DNA of 64,000 nt from an uncultured Spirochaetaceae bacterium (GCA_964390045.1 CAYMGP010000002.1:30326-94325), one strand, 5' to 3'; shown: positions 18,786 through 28,544, counted from the stretch's first letter. The notes: generated by a model from the sequence alone, not told the origin. Numbers and translations: made by a program.

Positions 18786-20471
18786 CTACAGCACGATGGT
18801 TTCCCGATGCTCGCCGAACTCCTCTCGAAGCACCTGACAGATCTCACCCAGGGTGGCGTACTCTTGAACGGCTCCGAGGATCGGTGGCATGAGATTTACA
18901 TCTTGTCGCTTCGCCGCTTCGCGCAGCGCCCCGAGCGCCTGCCCGACTTTCTGCTCGTTTCGTCGCTGTTTCACCCGAGCCAGTTTCGCCGTCTGCCGTT
19001 CCCGCACGGCGGGATCGACTCGAAGGAGATTCTCGGGGTTCTTTTCGGCTGCCTGGTACTTGTTGAGCCCTACCACGATTCGCTCACCCTTTTCAACATC
19101 CTTCTGATAGCGGAAAGCGGCCTCCTGGATCTGCTTTTGGATATAGCCCTTGAGAATCGAGGGCACCATTCCACCCAAGGCTTCGATACGGTCGATATAC
19201 TGCCAGACTTCGGTCTCGATACGGTCGGTCAGGGCTTCTACATAGTAGGATCCGGCCAGCGGATCGACTGTTTGGGTTACCCCGGACTCGTGGGCGAGTA
19301 TCTGCTGGGTCCGCAGGGAAAGACGCACAGATTCCTCCGCCGGCAGAGCCAGGGCCTCCTCTCTGCTGTTTGTGTGCAGGCTCTGGGTGCCACCGAGGAC
19401 CGCGGCCAGCGCCTGAATTGCGACCCGCACCACGTTGTTGTCCGGCTGCTGTGCCGTGAGGGTCGATCCTCCCGTTTGTGTGTGAAAGCGCAGCATCATG
19501 GATTTCGGTTTTTTGGCACCGAAACGTTCTTTCATAATGCGCGCCCAGATTCTCCTGGCTGCTCGGAACTTGGCCACCTCTTCGAGTAGATCGTTGTGAG
19601 CGTTAAAGAAAAAGGACAACCGACCGGCGAACTCATCCACCGTCAGACCGGCTTTGACGGCGGCGCGGACGTATTCGATCCCATTGGCCAGGGTAAAGGC
19701 TACCTCCTGGGAGGCATCGGAACCGGCTTCCCGGATGTGGTACCCCGAGATGCTGATCGTGTTCCATTTAGGAACCTCTTTCGTGCAGTAGGCGAAGACA
19801 TCGGTGATCAGCCTCATGGAGGGTTCCGGGGGAAAAATATATGTCCCCCGAGCGACATACTCTTTGAGAATATCGTTCTGGATGGTGCCGCGCAGTTTAT
19901 CCGCGCCGATGCCCTGTTTCTCCGCCACCGCGATATACATGGCCAGCAGGATGGCGGCCGGGGAGTTGATCGTCATCGAGGTGGAAACCTTGTCGAGCGG
20001 AATACCGTCAAACAGGATCTCCATATCGGCCAGGGTGTCAATGGCCACGCCCACCTTGCCTACCTCCCCTTCCGCTCGCTCGTCATCCGAGTCATACCCT
20101 ATCTGGGTGGGAAGATCAAAGGCCACCGACAGCCCCGTCTGGCCCTGCTCCATCAGGTACTTGTACCGGCGATTCGATTCCTCGGCGCTGCCGAAGCCGG
20201 CGTACTGGCGCATCGTCCACAGCCTGCCCCTGTACAGGGTGGGCTGAACTCCGCGGGTGTATGGATACTGGCCCGGAAAACCCAGCTTCTCGAGATATTG
20301 CTCTTCGGAAAAGTTCTGCGGCAGATATAGGCGTTGCACCGGCTTATCCGATCCGGTTACGAACTCGGGTTTTCGCTCGGGAAACTTCTGAATAACTCTC
20401 TCCACCGTAGTCCGTTCCCAATCCGATTTTGCCTTTCTCATTTTTTCATTCTTATTCCCAGGATGCGACAT
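18786..20471 (-). CDS. methylmalonyl-CoA mutase, large catalytic subunit
   Basis: 561 aa with [14 protein letters not shown]. The Tyr in TLYRGRLW and the Arg in [11 protein letters not shown] are the MCM-type (not isobutyryl-CoA mutase-type) residues. Confidence 0.9.
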   Translation of the reverse strand: MSHPGNKNEKMRKAKSDWERTTVERVIQKFPERKPEFVTGSDKPVQRLYLPQNFSEEQYLEKLGFPGQYPYTRGVQPTLYRGRLWTMRQYAGFGSAEESNRRYKYLMEQGQTGLSVAFDLPTQIGYDSDDERAEGEVGKVGVAIDTLADMEILFDGIPLDKVSTSMTINSPAAILLAMYIAVAEKQGIGADKLRGTIQNDILKEYVARGTYIFPPEPSMRLITDVFAYCTKEVPKWNTISISGYHIREAGSDASQEVAFTLANGIEYVRAAVKAGLTVDEFAGRLSFFFNAHNDLLEEVAKFRAARRIWARIMKERFGAKKPKSMMLRFHTQTGGSTLTAQQPDNNVVRVAIQALAAVLGGTQSLHTNSREEALALPAEESVRLSLRTQQILAHESGVTQTVDPLAGSYYVEALTDRIETEVWQYIDRIEALGGMVPSILKGYIQKQIQEAAFRYQKDVEKGERIVVGLNKYQAAEKNPENLLRVDPAVRERQTAKLARVKQRRNEQKVGQALGALREAAKRQDVNLMPPILGAVQEYATLGEICQVLREEFGEHRETIVL

Positions 20472-20489
20472 GTTTTAACATTTCCCCCT

Positions 20490-21167
20490 CTAGTATCGGA
20501 GGCTCTCTCCCACCGCCAGAATCTGAGCCTTGAGCCCCCCCGCTTTCACTTTTTCTACGAAATTTGCAGGCTCCACATCGATAACAGCGAAGGTTTTGAA
20601 ATGCATGGGAACGTACAATCCCGCCTGCAGGAACTCGGCCGCTTTTACCGCATCCTCGATACCCATCGTGAAGTTGTCTCCGATAGGTAGAACGGCCACA
20701 TCGATCTTGTTCATCTCGCCGATCAGCTTCATGTCGAGGAACAGACCTGTATCCCCGGGGTGGTAGAATATTTTGGAGTCCATCGTGACCAGAAAGCCGC
20801 AGGGATTGCCGGTATAGGTCCCGTCGGGAGCCGCTGAGCCGTGATGGGCGATTGTCAGCTTAACCCTGCCGAAATCAAAGTTGAAGGCGCCTCCTATGTG
20901 CATGGGATGGATCTCGGCACCCAGGTTGGCGCAGTAGCCTGCAAGCTCGAAGGGTGCGACGATGGTGGCTTTGTTCGCTTTGGCAATGGCGAGGGCATCA
21001 CCGATGTGGTCCCCGTGGCCGTGGGTCAGGAGTACGTAGTCGACCTCGATCTCCTCAGGGTTGGCTGTTGCCAGAGGGTTGTCCGTGAGGAAGGGATCGA
21101 TCACGATCCGGGCTTTTGATCCTTCGACGAGGAAAGCGGAGTGTCCTAAGTAGGTCAATGTCGGCAT
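20490..21167 (-). CDS. UPF0173-type metal-dependent hydrolase (MBL fold)
   Basis: 225 aa with MPTLTYLGHSAFLVEG.. and LLTHGHGDHIGD. Confidence 0.7.
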   Translation of the reverse strand: MPTLTYLGHSAFLVEGSKARIVIDPFLTDNPLATANPEEIEVDYVLLTHGHGDHIGDALAIAKANKATIVAPFELAGYCANLGAEIHPMHIGGAFNFDFGRVKLTIAHHGSAAPDGTYTGNPCGFLVTMDSKIFYHPGDTGLFLDMKLIGEMNKIDVAVLPIGDNFTMGIEDAVKAAEFLQAGLYVPMHFKTFAVIDVEPANFVEKVKAGGLKAQILAVGESLRY

Positions 21168-21179
21168 GGAATCCTCCTT

Positions 21180-22079
21180 TTACACAAGGGAAACGGCGCC
21201 CAATATGGAGTAGTACTTGATCGCTTCGCTGTCCGCCCGGGAGCTCATTACCACCGGTACCTTGGCTCCGATCGTCATGGCGGCGATTTTGGCATCGGAG
21301 AGGTAGGCAAGGGTTTTGTAGAATACGTTGGCCGCCTCAATATCGGGCATGAGCAGAATGTCTGCATCTCCACCTACTTGGGAAATAATTCCTTTGGTTT
21401 CGCATGACTTGCTGGAAATGGCGTTGTCCAAGGCAAACGGTCCGTCCACGATGCAGCCTTGAATTTGATCGCGCTCGGACATCTTTGCTAAAAGGGCGGC
21501 ATCCACGGTGGCCGGCATGACCCCGGGATTGACCTTTTCCACAGCGGCGATCACCGCCACCTTCGGACATTCGATGCCTAGCTTGTGGGCTACCGATACC
21601 GCGTTGGCGATGATGGCCGCCTTTGTCCGGAGATCCGGAGCGATGTTGATGCCCGGATCGGACATGAGCAGGAACTTCGGATACCTGCTCAATTCGATAA
21701 TCGAAACATGAGAAAGAATCCCGGGACCTCGCAGACCTGTTTCGCGATTCAGCACGGCCCGCATGATCACCGCTGTAGGCGTTCTGCCCTTCATCAGCAC
21801 TTCCGCCTCGCCGCTGCGCACCAACTCCACCGCCCTGGCGGCGCACTCTTCAGCCCCCTGAGCGGCGACGAACCGGTACGGAGAAATATCTATCCCCTCG
21901 GATTCCGCTATTGCTCTTATGTCAGCTTCGTTTCCCACAAGCACCGGTTCCACGATGTTCTGCTGCGCCGTCTCGGTAGCTGCTTTCAAAGCATCGCCCT
22001 CCTCCGCCATGGCCAGAACGAGGCGTCTGGAGGGCTTCGATTTTACTGTTTTCTCCAGTTCTTCAAATGTGTTGATCAT
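21180..22079 (-). CDS. ptb: phosphate butyryl/acyl-transferase (PTA_PTB family)
   Basis: About 299 aa from MINTFEELEK. Length and sequence fit Ptb-type phosphotransacylases. ATG at 22079 preferred over the ORF-track start at 22124. Confidence 0.75.
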   Translation of the reverse strand: MINTFEELEKTVKSKPSRRLVLAMAEEGDALKAATETAQQNIVEPVLVGNEADIRAIAESEGIDISPYRFVAAQGAEECAARAVELVRSGEAEVLMKGRTPTAVIMRAVLNRETGLRGPGILSHVSIIELSRYPKFLLMSDPGINIAPDLRTKAAIIANAVSVAHKLGIECPKVAVIAAVEKVNPGVMPATVDAALLAKMSERDQIQGCIVDGPFALDNAISSKSCETKGIISQVGGDADILLMPDIEAANVFYKTLAYLSDAKIAAMTIGAKVPVVMSSRADSEAIKYYSILGAVSLV

Positions 22080-22164
22080 AATTATGCCTGTTAAGACGAT
22101 ACAACCGGCGCATCCTCTCGTCAAGCGAATCGGAAACAGCCGCTGTTTTCCGCTATCAGGCGGC

Positions 22165-22194
22165 TTGACCCGGTGGATTATTGGGTGGTATGTA
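22165..22194 (+). promoter_or_regulatory. putative promoter of thiS (TTGACC, 18 nt spacer, TATGTA)
   Basis: TTGACC at 22165-22170 and TATGTA at 22189-22194. The preferred thiS ATG at 22205 lies 10 nt after the -10 element. Confidence 0.3.
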
Positions 22195-22204
22195 CAGAAG
22201 GGCG

Positions 22205-22402
22205 ATGATTACTGCAAAGGGAAAGCAGCTGGAATGGCACGAACAGCTCACGATTCGTGAGCTGCTGCGTACCCTCGGTTACAAATACTCCACCCTTCTG
22301 GTACGGGTGAACGGCAACATCGTAAGGAGGAGGGAATGGGACACCTTCGTGGTTCCCGACGGAGCGCAGGTCGAGGTACGGCCTATCGTGGCCGGCGGTT
22401 GA
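22205..22402 (+). CDS. thiS: ThiS/MoaD-family sulfur-carrier protein
   Basis: 65 aa from MITAKGKQLE.., beta-grasp-sized, with C-terminal ..VAGG. Upstream starts at 22181 and 22190 are possible. Confidence 0.6.
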   Translation: MITAKGKQLEWHEQLTIRELLRTLGYKYSTLLVRVNGNIVRRREWDTFVVPDGAQVEVRPIVAGG

Positions 22403-22412
22403 AGATTGAAGC

Positions 22413-23558
22413 CTACGTGGTTCTCGTCAATACCTCATCCACATAGCGGGCGATTGGATCGGCGCCGTTTTTTATCTCAATTTCATTATAGGCTCGTCGA
22501 CACTCCTCGAGGCCGTATCCTTCGAGAAACCATTCCACGATCTGGGTGAGCTTGCGTGGTGTGTTTCCAGCGTAGTAGCCTAGACGGTTCTGCACCACGA
22601 ATTTGATATTTGGATTCTCGCTGAGCTGGGCGCTTTCGAAGAAGATTATAGGCTTTTGCATAGAAAGGACTTCCCAAGTAGTGGCAGGTCCGGGCTTTAT
22701 GAAACAGAAATCCGATGCAAAAATCAGCTCGTTGATCCGCTCCTGATAACCGAAAACTACAACCCGGGTGGGGTGGGCGGGATTACAGAAATCCCTTTCA
22801 AGATCCCGACGCAGCTGCTCGTTTTTCCCGGCCACCGCTATCACATTGAGAGCGAACCTCCTGTTCACCAGGGCTTCTATCATCTTGTAAATCGAGCCGA
22901 TCCCCTCACTGCCCAAGGTCACCAGCAGGGTCATCCTGCTGTTCTTGATGCCGAGAGCTTCTAGTATTTCTGCTTTTGTCTTCTGGATACCAAAGAAGCT
23001 CCGGCGTACCGGGTAGGGAAAAACGTGAAGCTTGTTCCGGGGGAACCTCCTCTTCAGCAGTTTTCTCTCCGCCTGTTCGGAAGCCACGATGTAATGATCC
23101 ACATCTTTCAGGTACCAGTAGGAATCGAAATCAAAGATCTCGGTCAGGTAATTGATGAGGATGGGACCGATTCCGTACAGCTTGCGTATATAGGCAACAC
23201 CCATGGTGTTGAAGTAATGGGTTGAAAAGACAAGATCCGGTTTCTCCTCGTAGAGATAGCGCATCACGTATTTGCAGAAGCGTTCGCGAAAGAGCTTGTA
23301 TATTTGGATATTCACGGGTCCTGTGAAGAAGTCGAAGGTCTGAATGCTCTTCGTCAACTCAGGATGAGCGAGCAGGTATTTCCATAATTTCTTGTGTACA
23401 TCATCGAGGTCTGTGCAGCCGAGGTCCCTCATGAAATCCAGGATGCGCATATCGTATTTGCCTGGAAACAGATCCTCTATGGCCTCATAGACAGCCAGAG
23501 CTGGGGTTTTATGTCCGCCTCCGGCCTCGATCATCGCAAAGTGTATTTTTTTTCTCAT
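22413..23558 (-). CDS. monogalactosyl/glucosyl-diacylglycerol synthase-type glycosyltransferase (GT28, MGDG_synth)
   Basis: 381 aa. N-terminus MRKKIHFAMIEAGGGHKTPALAV is typical of this family. Confidence 0.7.
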   Translation of the reverse strand: MRKKIHFAMIEAGGGHKTPALAVYEAIEDLFPGKYDMRILDFMRDLGCTDLDDVHKKLWKYLLAHPELTKSIQTFDFFTGPVNIQIYKLFRERFCKYVMRYLYEEKPDLVFSTHYFNTMGVAYIRKLYGIGPILINYLTEIFDFDSYWYLKDVDHYIVASEQAERKLLKRRFPRNKLHVFPYPVRRSFFGIQKTKAEILEALGIKNSRMTLLVTLGSEGIGSIYKMIEALVNRRFALNVIAVAGKNEQLRRDLERDFCNPAHPTRVVVFGYQERINELIFASDFCFIKPGPATTWEVLSMQKPIIFFESAQLSENPNIKFVVQNRLGYYAGNTPRKLTQIVEWFLEGYGLEECRRAYNEIEIKNGADPIARYVDEVLTRTT

Positions 23559-23658
23559 TCCTGTCTTTTCTATCGTTGCAACATTTTTAAGATTATAGGT
23601 CGATCGGGGTACTTTTCAAAGGTATATCCATATATATTAGGAATCAAAAGGTTTTTAT

Positions 23659-24513
23659 ATGTCGGATCGGGCAATGGTGATCACGGATCTGGACGGGACT
23701 CTTTTTCAGAGCGACCATCACATCAGCGAGCGGAATTACAAAACCCTTGTCGAGTTGGGCGAGCGGGATGTAGTTCGGGTGATTGCTACGGGACGGCATC
23801 TTTTCTCGGCTCACAAGGTTCTGCCCCTGAACTTTCCCATCGACTACCTGGTCTTTTCCACGGGAGCGGGCATCATGGCCTGGCCGGATCAGAAGCTGCT
23901 CTGGAGTGCTTCGATGAACGCGCAGGAAGCAACGCTCGCTTTCGCGGTTCTGTCCCATAGATCTCTTGATTTCATGATTCATAAACCGATTCCGGAAAAC
24001 CATCGCTTCGTTTTTTTCCCTTCCGGCGAAGCCAATCCGGATTTCGAAGCCCGCTGCAACCTGTATCGGGATTTTGCCGTCCGCGGCTCAAGCGGCGTAC
24101 TACCCTTTAGGAAAGCCTGCCAGTTCGTTGCCATAGAACCTCATTTCCGAAGCGAATCCTCATTTTCGATGATAAGGGAGGAACTGAGCAACCTGAAAGT
24201 TATCCGTACCACCTCGCCTCTGGACGGCAAGTCGTGCTGGATCGAGGTATTTTCAAATCAGGTTTCGAAAGCCCTGGCTTCGCAGCGGATCGCCCGCTCG
24301 TTGAACATCGGCGAGCAAAAAATCATGGCTGTGGGCAATGATTACAACGATCTCGATCTGCTGAGATGGGCGGCGACAAGCTATACTGTTGGGGGGGCTC
24401 CGCTCGATCTAAGACGCAAGTTCTACACGGTGACATCCGGCGACGATTCGGATTTCAGTGAAGCGGTAGCCCTCTGGCAAGGCGGCAAGCCTCCGGCAGC
24501 GGGAGCCGATTAA
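23659..24513 (+). CDS. HAD-IIB (Cof-type) phosphatase
   Basis: DxD nucleophile motif ITDLDGTL, ATGR, and C-terminal GNDYNDLDLL motif. Confidence 0.75.
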   Translation: MSDRAMVITDLDGTLFQSDHHISERNYKTLVELGERDVVRVIATGRHLFSAHKVLPLNFPIDYLVFSTGAGIMAWPDQKLLWSASMNAQEATLAFAVLSHRSLDFMIHKPIPENHRFVFFPSGEANPDFEARCNLYRDFAVRGSSGVLPFRKACQFVAIEPHFRSESSFSMIREELSNLKVIRTTSPLDGKSCWIEVFSNQVSKALASQRIARSLNIGEQKIMAVGNDYNDLDLLRWAATSYTVGGAPLDLRRKFYTVTSGDDSDFSEAVALWQGGKPPAAGAD

Positions 24514-25043
24514 ACCTCTTTTCGGCGAAGCTGAGCCTTGTAGAGGCGGCGGATTTCCCCGAGAATCGCCGCATACTGCGGGCTGCGGTAGTCAGGATAG
24601 GTCCATTTCAAAGCCCCGTAGCTGCCCTTTTCAAAGATCAGGGTAACCTCCGCGAAGATCCCGCGGCTGAGAGGAATGCGCTGCGGCCCGTCTTTGCTCG
24701 AAGCCAGAATGAAGCGGCTCAGGTTGAGGATACCGGGATCCAGGTTGATCCGGCGTCTTCCCCTGTCTTTGAATTGTTCCTCGATTCCATTGGTCTCGAT
24801 TTTTATCCGCGCTAAATCGCTCGGGTCCACGAGGGTCCGGAAAGAGAGGAAGAAACGGCTTATCGGTGTACCCATCTCTTCGTTGTAGTAATCCGTGTAG
24901 TCAAAGGGAAGATCGTCGCTGGTGTAATCGATCGTTCCGTAATAGCCCCCGAGTTTTTCGAGGAGCGCTCGGCGCAGATCGGGTTTTGAGATGAGAATTG
25001 GAAGTACAAGTTTTTCGGGTTTGAAGGGATGGATCTGCCCCAT
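24510..25043 (-). CDS. DUF4416 family protein
   Basis: 177 aa. The segments DYTDYYNEEMG, INLDPG and RIPLSRGIFAEVTL..WTYPDYR match my recollection of DUF4416. Confidence 0.65.
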   Translation of the reverse strand: MGQIHPFKPEKLVLPILISKPDLRRALLEKLGGYYGTIDYTSDDLPFDYTDYYNEEMGTPISRFFLSFRTLVDPSDLARIKIETNGIEEQFKDRGRRRINLDPGILNLSRFILASSKDGPQRIPLSRGIFAEVTLIFEKGSYGALKWTYPDYRSPQYAAILGEIRRLYKAQLRRKEV

Positions 25044-25102
25044 TTCCTGCTCTGACGCCCTTTCGATTGTCAGGTGAAGCTCTATTGTTTATACTCCTGT
25101 AT

Positions 25103-26521
25103 ATGTCAGATTCCGAGGGCTTTCAAGGGCGTGTCGAACAAGCTTTGGAGAAGAAGAAGCAGTTTCTCGAGGAGAATATTCTTCCCAGGTTGAAGGAGAG
25201 CTTTCGTATCTTTCAGACCTTGTTTGAAAACCTTTACAACATTCTGCTCCGCAAAGCCCTGATTCAAGAAGACCCCTACAAATACGAGCACAAAGTGACA
25301 GAGGTCACGGTTCCCGAGAGCGGTGACATTCTCGAATCAGAGAAAAGTGAAAAACTCAGCCAGAGGCTTTCCGAGTTTCATTCTCAGCTGGAATTCATGA
25401 ACAACTACTACCAGTTCAGCCTTGATTTCCTCAACCTCGATCGGATTCGGCGGATTATCGCCCTGACACGATACATCAACTGGCTGAATCTATCAGATAC
25501 CTCAACGGACAATACCACGGCTGTCTTGGCCGAAACCTTGGCAAAGATTCAGCAGGAGCGCGACAGGATATCTACCGGTATCATCTCGAGCTCGCTCTCG
25601 CAGATGCAGTCACAATCCAGGGCTGTCTTGTCCGATCTCAAAGAGCTGCTCTCCTATCAGAGGCAGGCATACAAGCTGTTTCTGAGACACGAACTGCTGT
25701 CTCCGGTACCGCCACTTCTGCCCAAGCTGTATGCGAGCAGCCCGGACAAAGCCTACTCAAATATAAGGACGCGTTTTGCTCAGAAAGTAAAAGGGAAGCC
25801 TTTCTACAAGGATCTGGCCATAGAATTATTGAAGGAGGAGTGGGCGGAAAACGCAGCGGAACTGAGAGATCAAGCTCTGATCAAGCTTAGAGTACCTGTG
25901 CAGAAACCAAACAAACAACGCCGGAAACCGGATTACAAACTGATTTTGCTGGAGGCGGTTCGTATACTGCTGCACGCGAGGATCCAGCTTCGAAGCGTTC
26001 TGAAGAGCCTGCTTAACAACCACGAAATTTGGGAAACCGGCGGCTCGGGATTTGCAGGGAAGTTTCGAGCCTGGCTGAAGAAAGCCTTTCGCAATCAAGG
26101 CTCGGCACAGGTTTTGGAGATACGTTATTTCAATACAGCAACCTCCACCACAGAGACAGAAAGCATCGATTTTCAGGCGTTTCTTGATCGAGTACGGAGA
26201 AAAGTTTCCCTCTTCGAAGCTCTGAGCGATCCGGAGAGCGTCTCCTATGCCCGTCTCAGCGAGACCCCAGAGGAACAAGTACAGGACTTTCTGAAGAAAA
26301 ACCTGGGGGAACTGCAGTTGCTGTACAGGAGAATAGAAGGCTTGAGCGCCTGCTTCCGCCAGTCTGTTCCCGAGCAAGATCAAAGCAAGCTCAAAGGAGT
26401 CAAGATTGAGCTGAGCGGATTGAAGAACTGTATCGTCCGGGCCAACAGAAAACGCTATGAGCACGTGGCCTTAAAAGAGGAAGAGGAGCAGTTGAAGAGG
26501 ATGGGTGTTGAGAAACGGTAG
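25103..26521 (+). CDS. hypothetical protein (helical, Lys/Glu/Leu-rich)
   Basis: 472-aa ORF from the ATG at 25103 (a TTG at 25067 is possible). I recognise no motif. No competing real gene on the other strand. Confidence 0.6.
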   Translation: MSDSEGFQGRVEQALEKKKQFLEENILPRLKESFRIFQTLFENLYNILLRKALIQEDPYKYEHKVTEVTVPESGDILESEKSEKLSQRLSEFHSQLEFMNNYYQFSLDFLNLDRIRRIIALTRYINWLNLSDTSTDNTTAVLAETLAKIQQERDRISTGIISSSLSQMQSQSRAVLSDLKELLSYQRQAYKLFLRHELLSPVPPLLPKLYASSPDKAYSNIRTRFAQKVKGKPFYKDLAIELLKEEWAENAAELRDQALIKLRVPVQKPNKQRRKPDYKLILLEAVRILLHARIQLRSVLKSLLNNHEIWETGGSGFAGKFRAWLKKAFRNQGSAQVLEIRYFNTATSTTETESIDFQAFLDRVRRKVSLFEALSDPESVSYARLSETPEEQVQDFLKKNLGELQLLYRRIEGLSACFRQSVPEQDQSKLKGVKIELSGLKNCIVRANRKRYEHVALKEEEEQLKRMGVEKR

Positions 26522-26533
26522 AGCCGGAAACTT

Positions 26534-28519
26534 TTACGTCGTATAGAGGCCGAGGATCCGGAGCGTTTCTGTGACTTCCTCCACTTCCCCGAGAGTCCGT
26601 TTGAAAACATCTTTGCGGATATCCACGTCCACGTAAAACATCTCTTCCCAGGGTTTACCCGCGATGGGCCTCGATTCCAGCTTCACCATATTGATCTTGT
26701 GATCGGCCAACACCTTGAGTACCCGGAACAGAGAGCCGGGTGCATTCGCCGTGGAAAAGACGAGGGAAGCTCGCTCGGGCTCGGGGTGAGCGATGTCCGC
26801 CTCTACTCCCAGGTTCGCGCCGGTCTGCCGCCCCGGCCCGCCGAAAATCTCCGCAGCCCAGGAGGGCAGCAGGGTTCGGGCAAGCTCGTCCCGGGCGATG
26901 AAAACGAAACGGGTGTAGTTACTGCTGTTCGTCTCGATTCCCTCCTTGAGCACCTTCATCTTGTGGGCCCCGGCCGCCTCGAAGCTGGCGATGCCTGCAT
27001 ATTCTTTTTTGCCCTGTTCGGCTATAAAGGCGATCGAGCCCGCCGTGTCGTAGAAGGGGACCTTTTCCCATTCGGGGTAGCGTTCGAGGAAACGGGCACA
27101 TTGGGAGAGGGCCTGGGGATGGGAGTAGACCTTTCTGATATCCTGAATTTCGGCTTCGGGAAGGCCGATTAGATTATGAATGATTCGTATTTTTTTCTCG
27201 CCAACGATACGGATGTCGGGATACTGAAGGAGAAGGTCGTAGTTCGTGTGGATCGAGCCGGTGAGGGTGTTTTCGATGGGAATAATTCCATAGTGGTTTT
27301 TACCCTGCAGGACCGAGTCGAACACCTCTCGGAATGTCTTTGCCGGAATGGGCTGTGCATTTTCGGGAAAGTAGCGCAGAATAGCGTTCTCGCTGAATGC
27401 GCCGGGCTCGCCTTGAAAAGCCACCTTGGTGAGCCGGCCGGGTGGCTCTGTTTTATCACCCCCCCGAAAGAGAAACGCCGGCATTTTTTCGGGGAGCCGG
27501 GCCGGTTCTTTGCTCAGCACGGGAGCCAGGGCCTCGATATCCCTCATCAGCTTCTCGAATTGTTCCGGATACAGGGATTGAGGCCCGTCGGAAAGAGCCT
27601 GTTCGGGATCCGTGTGTACCTCCACCATCAAGCCATCGGCTCCGGCTGCAATGGCGGCCAGCGCCATGGGCAGGACCTTCGCGCGAATCCCTGTTCCGTG
27701 GCTGGGGTCGACCAGGATTGGCAGATGGCTGAGCTTTTTTACTACCGGAATCGCCGAGATATCGAGCGTATTTCGGGTGTAGGTTTCGAACGTGCGGATC
27801 CCTCGCTCACAGAGTATTACCGAGTCCGTTCCGTGTGCCAGCAGGTATTCAGCGGACATGAGCAGGTCTTGGATCGTAGCAGCGGGACCCCTTTTCAGCA
27901 GCACAGGTTTGTTCAACGGCCCTATTCGTTTGAGCAGCTCGAAATTCTGCATGTTCCGGGCGCCGATCTGCAGGATGTCCACGTAGTCGGCGAACATCTC
28001 CACGTGTTCCGGTGTAACGATCTCCGAAATCACAGGCATCCCGTTGGCTTGCCCCGCCTCTTTGAGGTATTTCAATCCCTCTTCCCCCAGTCCCTGGAAG
28101 GCGTAGGGAGAGGATCTTGGTTTGTAGGCGCCGCCGCGGAGGATCACGGCTCCCGACTGCCTCACCAGACCTGCGATATCAAAGATCTGTTCTCGAGATT
28201 CCACGGAACAGGGTCCGGCTATCACGGCGATCCGGGAACCGCCGATCTTCACAGCTCCTATGGATACTATTGTGTCCGCTTTTTTGAACTCCCGAGAGGC
28301 GATTTTATAAGGTTTGGTAATGGGGATCACCCGGGCTACACCGGGAAGCAGCTCCACATCGCGCAGATCGAGGGGAATGATTCCGACCGCCCCCAGGATC
28401 GTCTCCTCTTCGCCCTGTATCTCCCTGATGCGGAAACCTTTGCCTTCGAGAAAAGAGACGATATTCTTCTTGTCCTGTTCTTTTATGTTGTGTTCGAGAA
28501 CTACGACCATGAGCTGCAC
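26534..28519 (-). CDS. fusion protein: regulatory ferredoxin-like domain + 3-deoxy-7-phosphoheptulonate (DAHP) synthase (class I-beta) + prephenate dehydratase + ACT
   Basis: aa 1-70 form a small regulatory domain. aa ~85-335 are DAHPS (KPRSSPYAFQGLG, LVDPSHG). aa ~364-560 are PDT (AFQGEPGAFSE, NYTRFVFI). C-terminal ACT (LESRPIAGKPWEEMFYVD). Confidence 0.85.
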   Translation of the reverse strand: MQLMVVVLEHNIKEQDKKNIVSFLEGKGFRIREIQGEEETILGAVGIIPLDLRDVELLPGVARVIPITKPYKIASREFKKADTIVSIGAVKIGGSRIAVIAGPCSVESREQIFDIAGLVRQSGAVILRGGAYKPRSSPYAFQGLGEEGLKYLKEAGQANGMPVISEIVTPEHVEMFADYVDILQIGARNMQNFELLKRIGPLNKPVLLKRGPAATIQDLLMSAEYLLAHGTDSVILCERGIRTFETYTRNTLDISAIPVVKKLSHLPILVDPSHGTGIRAKVLPMALAAIAAGADGLMVEVHTDPEQALSDGPQSLYPEQFEKLMRDIEALAPVLSKEPARLPEKMPAFLFRGGDKTEPPGRLTKVAFQGEPGAFSENAILRYFPENAQPIPAKTFREVFDSVLQGKNHYGIIPIENTLTGSIHTNYDLLLQYPDIRIVGEKKIRIIHNLIGLPEAEIQDIRKVYSHPQALSQCARFLERYPEWEKVPFYDTAGSIAFIAEQGKKEYAGIASFEAAGAHKMKVLKEGIETNSSNYTRFVFIARDELARTLLPSWAAEIFGGPGRQTGANLGVEADIAHPEPERASLVFSTANAPGSLFRVLKVLADHKINMVKLESRPIAGKPWEEMFYVDVDIRKDVFKRTLGEVEEVTETLRILGLYTT

Positions 28520-28544
28520 GCTCTTCAGGCCGAATCGTTTCGGC

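Noticed and set aside
18786-20471. Isobutyryl-CoA mutase rather than methylmalonyl-CoA mutase
   Set aside because: The discriminating positions are Tyr (TLYRGRLW) and Arg (YVARGTYIF) as in MCM, not Phe and Gln as in ICM. An epimerase gene is also in the operon.
22080-22204. TPP riboswitch upstream of thiS
   Set aside because: I could not find the conserved CTGAGA and ACCTGATCTGGATAATGCCAGCG-like elements. The region is short and better explained as a divergent promoter.
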